From a virus (taxonomy: Duplodnaviria > Caudoviricetes), in IMG/VR virus record IMGVR_UViG_3300037400_002553, positions 10,204-74,203 of that record: 64,000 nucleotides of DNA. The stretch is one strand, 5' to 3'. Numbering within the stretch: the first letter of the stretch is position 1; each line of letters opens with the position of its first letter. The translations under genes were made by a program, and so were the position numbers. Below are positions 59,094 through 64,000 of the stretch, piece by piece. A model generated the notes under the pieces. The model saw only the letters and a list, made by a program, of their open reading frames with translations. It ran no database searches and had not been told where the DNA came from.

Positions 59094-59810
59094 ATGGAAG
59101 AGAATAAACAAATTACGGTCATAGTACCAGTTCATAAGTTTGACGAAGAAGTTAAAACATTGTTGGCAAGAGCCGTTGAAAGCGTAGATAAGGAATACTG
59201 CGATTTATTGTTCGTTGGTCCTAATGATGTTTTGTTAGCACTAAAAAATACATACAAAGACGCTACATTTATTAAGAATGAGGATACAGACGTTTATCAA
59301 CAAATAAACAAAGCGGCATTTCAATGTGTTACACCTTATTTTACCGTTCTTGAGTTTGATGATGTATTGTTACCAAACTGGTATACAACATTAGTTAATG
59401 AGATTCAAGGTAATACAGTAACTATCCCTCTAAATGAATTTGTAGATGGCGGTAATTTTAGAGCATTCGGAAATGAGATTGCTTGGGACGCAGCATTCAT
59501 CCATGAAGATGGAGAAATTGGATATATTACAGAAGAAGAGTTAAAATTGTTTAATAATTTTAATGTAACTGGTGCAGTTATTAAGACGGAGGATTTTATT
59601 TCTCTTGGTAATCTAAAGCCAGAATTTAAAATCTTCACGTGGTACGAATTTTTAATGAGAGTTGCGCGTGCAGGAAAGACAATATATGTTATTCCAAGGG
59701 TATGCTATTCACATACCGTTCTTAGAAATGGTTCGTATATGGTAGAAATGGAATCAACAATTAATAAAGAAGAAATTTCAGACTTATTGAACAAAGTACT
59801 AGGTGAATAA
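59094..59810 (+). CDS. GT-A (GT2-like) glycosyltransferase
   Basis: ITVIVPVH, YFTVLEFDD (DxD-like), EFLMRVARAG. Confidence 0.75.
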   Translation: MEENKQITVIVPVHKFDEEVKTLLARAVESVDKEYCDLLFVGPNDVLLALKNTYKDATFIKNEDTDVYQQINKAAFQCVTPYFTVLEFDDVLLPNWYTTLVNEIQGNTVTIPLNEFVDGGNFRAFGNEIAWDAAFIHEDGEIGYITEEELKLFNNFNVTGAVIKTEDFISLGNLKPEFKIFTWYEFLMRVARAGKTIYVIPRVCYSHTVLRNGSYMVEMESTINKEEISDLLNKVLGE

Positions 59811-59972
59811 AATAAGAAGACATTACGTGTGTGTGGGTGTATAACCCACACGCATTATGTTATATTAAACTAAAAAACAAGGTACTGTTTAGGTATAATA
59901 TTAGGGAAGCGCAATGATATTTTGCGGGTAGTGTTTATATAACGTTAGTGTTATACAAAACTATTTATACAA

Positions 59973-60932
59973 ATGGAGGAAGAATTATTTAAAAACACGG
60001 AAGAACAACCAGTAAAAAAGAAAAGAGGAAGAAAACCATCCAAAGACAAAAAAAGTAAATATTATTTCTCGGACAAAGAAGAGGCTGCTGTTATTGACTA
60101 TAATCAATATAGCAAAACAATTTCCGAAAGCACAACAAAAATGCTAAAATTAGTGTTTGATTGTGACGATGAAGGGTTAAAACTATTACGTTCAGGTAGG
60201 ACAACATTCGAAATGCTTAATATTGCCGAAAATATGCCTATTGAGGATAAAAATAAAGCATATCAAATTTCCGAATTAAAAAATATAATTGAATGTTCCA
60301 GGATTGAAAATGAAAAAATATACAATACAATATTACGCCCAGTATTTTCAAAGATGATAGAATCGATTATGAGAAGGTATAAATTATATGTGCCGAATGA
60401 AGAATCTGGCGACACATTTAATGATACGCTATCGTTTTTGATCACAAAGATGGATAGATATGATGAAGATAAAGACACAAAGGCATATTCATATTATGGC
60501 AATATTTGTAAAAACTATATTATTGGTAAAATACAACAATACGACAAATCTTTAGTTAGAAATCCATCTTATGATGATGAAGATACTGATATCGACATAA
60601 TGAATGATAACAAGTATGTTTCATTAAACGATCCAGGAACAAAGATAGCCAAAGAAATCGTTAACAAATTAATTAAACAATTTACAATAATGGCAGATAA
60701 TCCAGATACTTATGATTTGAAAGAAAATGAAGTTAAATTAGGTAGAGCACTAGCAAATCTATTAGAGAATTGGGACTATGTTATATCTACGGATGGAAGC
60801 AATAAATTAAATAAGAACGCAATTCTATTTTTTTTAAGGGAGCAAACTGGGATGGATACGAAAGGAATTAGAGACAATATGAAAAAGTTTAAGAACGAAT
60901 TCCTAATTATCAAAAAATATGTCATTGAGTAG
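59973..60932 (+). CDS. Late-transcription sigma factor (gp55-like)
   Basis: KKRGRKP...YYFS..EE.AV; FSKMIESIMRRY...DTLSFLITK.DRYD...KAYSYYGNICKNY. Confidence 0.6.
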   Translation: MEEELFKNTEEQPVKKKRGRKPSKDKKSKYYFSDKEEAAVIDYNQYSKTISESTTKMLKLVFDCDDEGLKLLRSGRTTFEMLNIAENMPIEDKNKAYQISELKNIIECSRIENEKIYNTILRPVFSKMIESIMRRYKLYVPNEESGDTFNDTLSFLITKMDRYDEDKDTKAYSYYGNICKNYIIGKIQQYDKSLVRNPSYDDEDTDIDIMNDNKYVSLNDPGTKIAKEIVNKLIKQFTIMADNPDTYDLKENEVKLGRALANLLENWDYVISTDGSNKLNKNAILFFLREQTGMDTKGIRDNMKKFKNEFLIIKKYVIE

Positions 60933-60981
60933 ACAAAAATAAGGCTAAAATACTATTTATTATATATAATATAGAACAATT

Positions 60982-61398
60982 ATGGGACCACAAAAGAAGA
61001 AATATAGCGTTAAATTAAATAACGTAGAGAAAATAGAAGAGTTGTTACAGGAAACTTACGATCTTGCGTGCCGCCAACATGCTCAAATACAAGATGAGAT
61101 AAACAAAATTGCAAACTCAACAAAATTAAGTGAGTTAGAAATTGACGGTAAAGAAAAATATGGAAAAATTATGAACAACTATCTCGCCCTTCAACAAAAG
61201 GCTACCGCACAAAAATTTGATATAGCAAAGTTAATGGCGGAAGTTGTTAAACACGGAGGTGATGTAAATGGTGCTCTTGGTGAATTCGGTAGTAAAGGCG
61301 TTCCAACATCATTAGACCTAACAAAATTAAGGGAGATTGCAAGAAATGCATCAACGCAAGATACTGATAGTTCTCAAAAATACAACATTAAGGGTTAA
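60982..61398 (+). CDS. Helical hypothetical protein
   Basis: 138 aa; preceded by CTATTTAT. Confidence 0.65.
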   Translation: MGPQKKKYSVKLNNVEKIEELLQETYDLACRQHAQIQDEINKIANSTKLSELEIDGKEKYGKIMNNYLALQQKATAQKFDIAKLMAEVVKHGGDVNGALGEFGSKGVPTSLDLTKLREIARNASTQDTDSSQKYNIKG

Positions 61399-61403
61399 TA
61401 AGT

Positions 61404-63341
61404 ATGTCTAAACTAAAGGATAGCAAATCGAATGTACTTGGTTCAATTGCAGCAATGCAAACTCTATTAGAGAGATACCCAGTACTTACAACAACTGACT
61501 CAATGTTAACTAATTTTAGCGTTAACACGTCAGTTGGATTTTTGCTTGATGTACTAACGATATTCGGTGTTTCACAAGACGATCTTATCAAATGGATTTC
61601 AAAACTACTAACTGGTTCTGGGGACGGACAAGACGGATTATTAGTGGTAATCGAACAAGCCGTTAAAGCAATTTTAATGGCTAACATCAAAGATATGTGG
61701 ACATGTTATGTCGATCCAATCATACCAGATAGTGTTCTAAGATATTCAAACCCAGTTTTCCCAGCTAAGTCTGCCTCAATAAGTCAAACCGAAGTAAGGA
61801 AAGATCCATACACAATAGTCCCACAAAATGATAAAAACAATAAAAAGATTGAAATAGATTTAAACCAAATTGATTTATTCGGCATATTTAATCACTGCCC
61901 ATCCGATAAAAACGGTGGATTATTTTATTTTGATGCATATGAATCAATTTGTTATCCAGATGACGGAAATATACCGTATTTAAGCCCGAACAATTTATGG
62001 AAATCGTGTGATTTTAATGCTTATTTATGGTATATAATAAACAAGGGTACACTATCTAATCTAACCGATTTGCAACAATCTTGCTGGGATAATAGAAACA
62101 AATATGTTAAGGAGTTCAAAGGCAATAGAAATTTAAGGAATGAGTTTTTTGATATCGGAAATTGTACTGGATATACAGTTGCACCCGAAAAAACAATCGA
62201 AATTACAGACACAGACTCAAAAGAAAGTGTTTATAAAAAACAAATTATATTATGTGAATTTGAAGAAAGACCGACTCCATCCACAAATGAAAGCGGAACA
62301 CTTGGATACCCATCATCAAATATCTTAAGGGTATGGTTAAATGCTAATAGATATTACCATACTGAGAAGATAGAGGTGCCAGATATTCATAATCCAGGCC
62401 AAATAACTACAATGGAGTTTAATAAAACTATATTTGAATTCAATTATGACTATATTTATAGTCTAAAACTATTTGATTCAAAAACGCTCATCGCTCAAAT
62501 ACTAGATGCCATGTTGGGGCTAAGCGCATCTATTTCACTAAGTTTTTCAATGCAACAAAAAATGATTGAAGCAAAAATTGGTGAAATTGTTAAAAAAGTT
62601 ATAGAGGCAGACGATACTTCATCATCAGACTGTTACTATGAATTTTCAAATGACGAATATGATAGACTAGTAACCGAAGCAACAAATAACTACTCTGGTG
62701 TCTATTCAACAAACGTTGCCGAAGGTTCGTATGGCGCCGTTGATGCTGAAGCAATTTTAGATTCTCTTAGGAATATAAAACAAAGTGATAACCTGGTCGA
62801 ACAGCAGGCAAGCATAACAAAAACACTTGAAGAAATAATGGCAACCGCTGCGTCTCCAGCAAGTATAACGGATGAATGCAAATTCTCGTTCGGATTGAAC
62901 TTTATTAAAGATTTTATTATGCAAACTGTTACACAAATTGTATTGCAAGTACTATCTCCTAAGGTTGCTATATTATACCAAATAAATGGTGCAATAATGG
63001 GAACTAATGTTGACAATATGAAATCATGGGAAAACTTCTTAAAGAATTTCCAAAATGTATTGTTTAACATTATCAAACAAGTAAAAGATATCATAGTAGA
63101 AGAGTTGTACAAGTTTGTTATGGACCAACTCAAACCACTATTAGAGTTGATGATCGCAAAAATTGCCCTAGAAACAGTAATGTATTACAAGGAATTGATT
63201 GAGCAACTATTATTTGGTTGTTTCGCCTTCCCTGGATTTGGCGGCTCTAATGGTAATAACATGGTTATTGATAATGTTAATTATGCTGATATAACAACAG
63301 AAGCAGAACCTACGGATTATGATAATGATACAAAATGTTAA
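61404..63341 (+). CDS. Putative virion structural protein
   Basis: 645-aa ORF in a late-type operon. Confidence 0.6.
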   Translation: MSKLKDSKSNVLGSIAAMQTLLERYPVLTTTDSMLTNFSVNTSVGFLLDVLTIFGVSQDDLIKWISKLLTGSGDGQDGLLVVIEQAVKAILMANIKDMWTCYVDPIIPDSVLRYSNPVFPAKSASISQTEVRKDPYTIVPQNDKNNKKIEIDLNQIDLFGIFNHCPSDKNGGLFYFDAYESICYPDDGNIPYLSPNNLWKSCDFNAYLWYIINKGTLSNLTDLQQSCWDNRNKYVKEFKGNRNLRNEFFDIGNCTGYTVAPEKTIEITDTDSKESVYKKQIILCEFEERPTPSTNESGTLGYPSSNILRVWLNANRYYHTEKIEVPDIHNPGQITTMEFNKTIFEFNYDYIYSLKLFDSKTLIAQILDAMLGLSASISLSFSMQQKMIEAKIGEIVKKVIEADDTSSSDCYYEFSNDEYDRLVTEATNNYSGVYSTNVAEGSYGAVDAEAILDSLRNIKQSDNLVEQQASITKTLEEIMATAASPASITDECKFSFGLNFIKDFIMQTVTQIVLQVLSPKVAILYQINGAIMGTNVDNMKSWENFLKNFQNVLFNIIKQVKDIIVEELYKFVMDQLKPLLELMIAKIALETVMYYKELIEQLLFGCFAFPGFGGSNGNNMVIDNVNYADITTEAEPTDYDNDTKC

Positions 63342-63354
63342 AAGTTAATTAATT

Positions 63355-63747
63355 ATGAATATACAAACTATTTGTGATGGAATAACAAAAGCAATTGATG
63401 CTGTTAGAGTCCCTTTTACTTACATACCAGCAATAATATTAGTATGTAGTGCTGTAAAACGACCTGGCTTATCCGCAATGATCATTGCTTCTAACATCAT
63501 TAAAAGGCAAAGTGAGGCTGGCGCCCCATCTGGATCGGCCGCAGACGGAAGCGCAAATGTTGCTGAAGCAATGGAGAGAATTAGAGTAGAAGAAATGGTT
63601 CGCGCTCTAAAAATGGATGCTAGAATACAAATTGGTATTCCTATTGGCGGTATACAAATTACTGGTACTGGAGGAAATGCTGGTGGTCCAGTTCAAATTA
63701 CTGGGTTTAATATTAACGCACCTCACGGTGATGGTGTTTTAAATTAA
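63355..63747 (+). CDS. Hypothetical protein with a glycine-rich C-terminus
   Basis: RPGLSAM...RQSEAG...GTGGNAGGPV. Confidence 0.65.
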   Translation: MNIQTICDGITKAIDAVRVPFTYIPAIILVCSAVKRPGLSAMIIASNIIKRQSEAGAPSGSAADGSANVAEAMERIRVEEMVRALKMDARIQIGIPIGGIQITGTGGNAGGPVQITGFNINAPHGDGVLN

Positions 63748-63756
63748 GATAATAAT

Positions 63757-63788
63757 AAAAGGGTAAATATTGTTATTTACCCCTTTTT
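63757..63788. terminator. Bidirectional terminator
   Basis: AAAAGGGTAAATA-TTGT-TATTTACCCCTTTT between convergent genes. Confidence 0.7.
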
Positions 63789-64000
63789 ATTAGATCAAAA
63801 GTTTTTTTAATACTTTTAGAAGTGTGGTATTTATCATATATTCCGTTATATTTCCCTTTAAAATTATGATCCGTTATGTAAAATAATTCTACCCCATTTT
63901 CTTTACACAATTTATTTTTTTTAACATCTCGTTCAATAGTTTTACTAAAATATTCGTTAATTTTATTTTCATCCGTTGTATTCCACCATTTTTTATTAGA
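63773..64000 (-). CDS. C-terminus of a DUF559-like/homing endonuclease (partial)
   Basis: Hand-translated ...IERDVKKNKLCKENGVELFYITD...KRGK-stop. Confidence 0.6.
   Translation of the reverse strand, partial: SNKKWWNTTDENKINEYFSKTIERDVKKNKLCKENGVELFYITDHNFKGKYNGIYDKYHTSKSIKKTFDLIKRGK

Noticed and set aside
129-63133. Many 60-143 aa opposite-strand or nested ORFs (e.g. 129..416, 2854..3237, 3784..4203, 11395..11802, 30680..31111, 62702..63133)
   Set aside because: They are shadow frames of long, well-supported genes, with the F/L/S/I-rich composition expected antisense to K/E-rich proteins.
1-64000. Stop-codon reassignment (TAG to Gln as in Lak/crAss-like phages)
   Set aside because: Long genes (sheath, PolB, tape measure, 1836-aa protein) are intact in the standard code with near-complete coding density, and TAG ends the 59973..60932 gene.
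1-64000. CRISPR array, tRNA or rRNA genes
   Set aside because: No regularly spaced repeat-spacer units and no T-loop/cloverleaf seen by eye. tRNAscan-SE and a CRISPR finder were not run.

Overview
This AT-rich window (about 30% GC by eye) comes from a large myovirus genome with T4-type morphogenesis genes, most likely a jumbo phage of a Bacteroidota host (inference from the tail-fibre protein families). It reads in the standard genetic code. 1-22.5 kb is a contractile-tail and neck module (baseplate, tape measure, chaperone, tube, sheath, neck) interrupted by nuclease genes. 22.5-46.5 kb is a variable tail-fibre/adhesin region with YadA-like, BspA-LRR and PATTLA-repeat proteins, an opposite-strand SNF2 helicase cassette and an amidase. 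It is followed by a family-B DNA polymerase, putative head-internal proteins (one with a WYL domain), three glycosyltransferases plus a HAD-like protein, a gp55-like late sigma factor and conserved hypotheticals. The best candidates for undescribed biology are: (i) a modular tail-tip system of an adaptor domain followed by small proteins with an N-terminal RRxxxM peptide, with a poly-G switch, a frameshift and a gene remnant; (ii) two paralogous PATTLA C-termini with a DGR-like codon pattern; (iii) two free-standing fragments resembling the gp23 major capsid protein, one of them Gol-peptide-like. No tRNA, rRNA, CRISPR array, reverse transcriptase or integrase was seen. All family assignments are by motif recognition, not database search.
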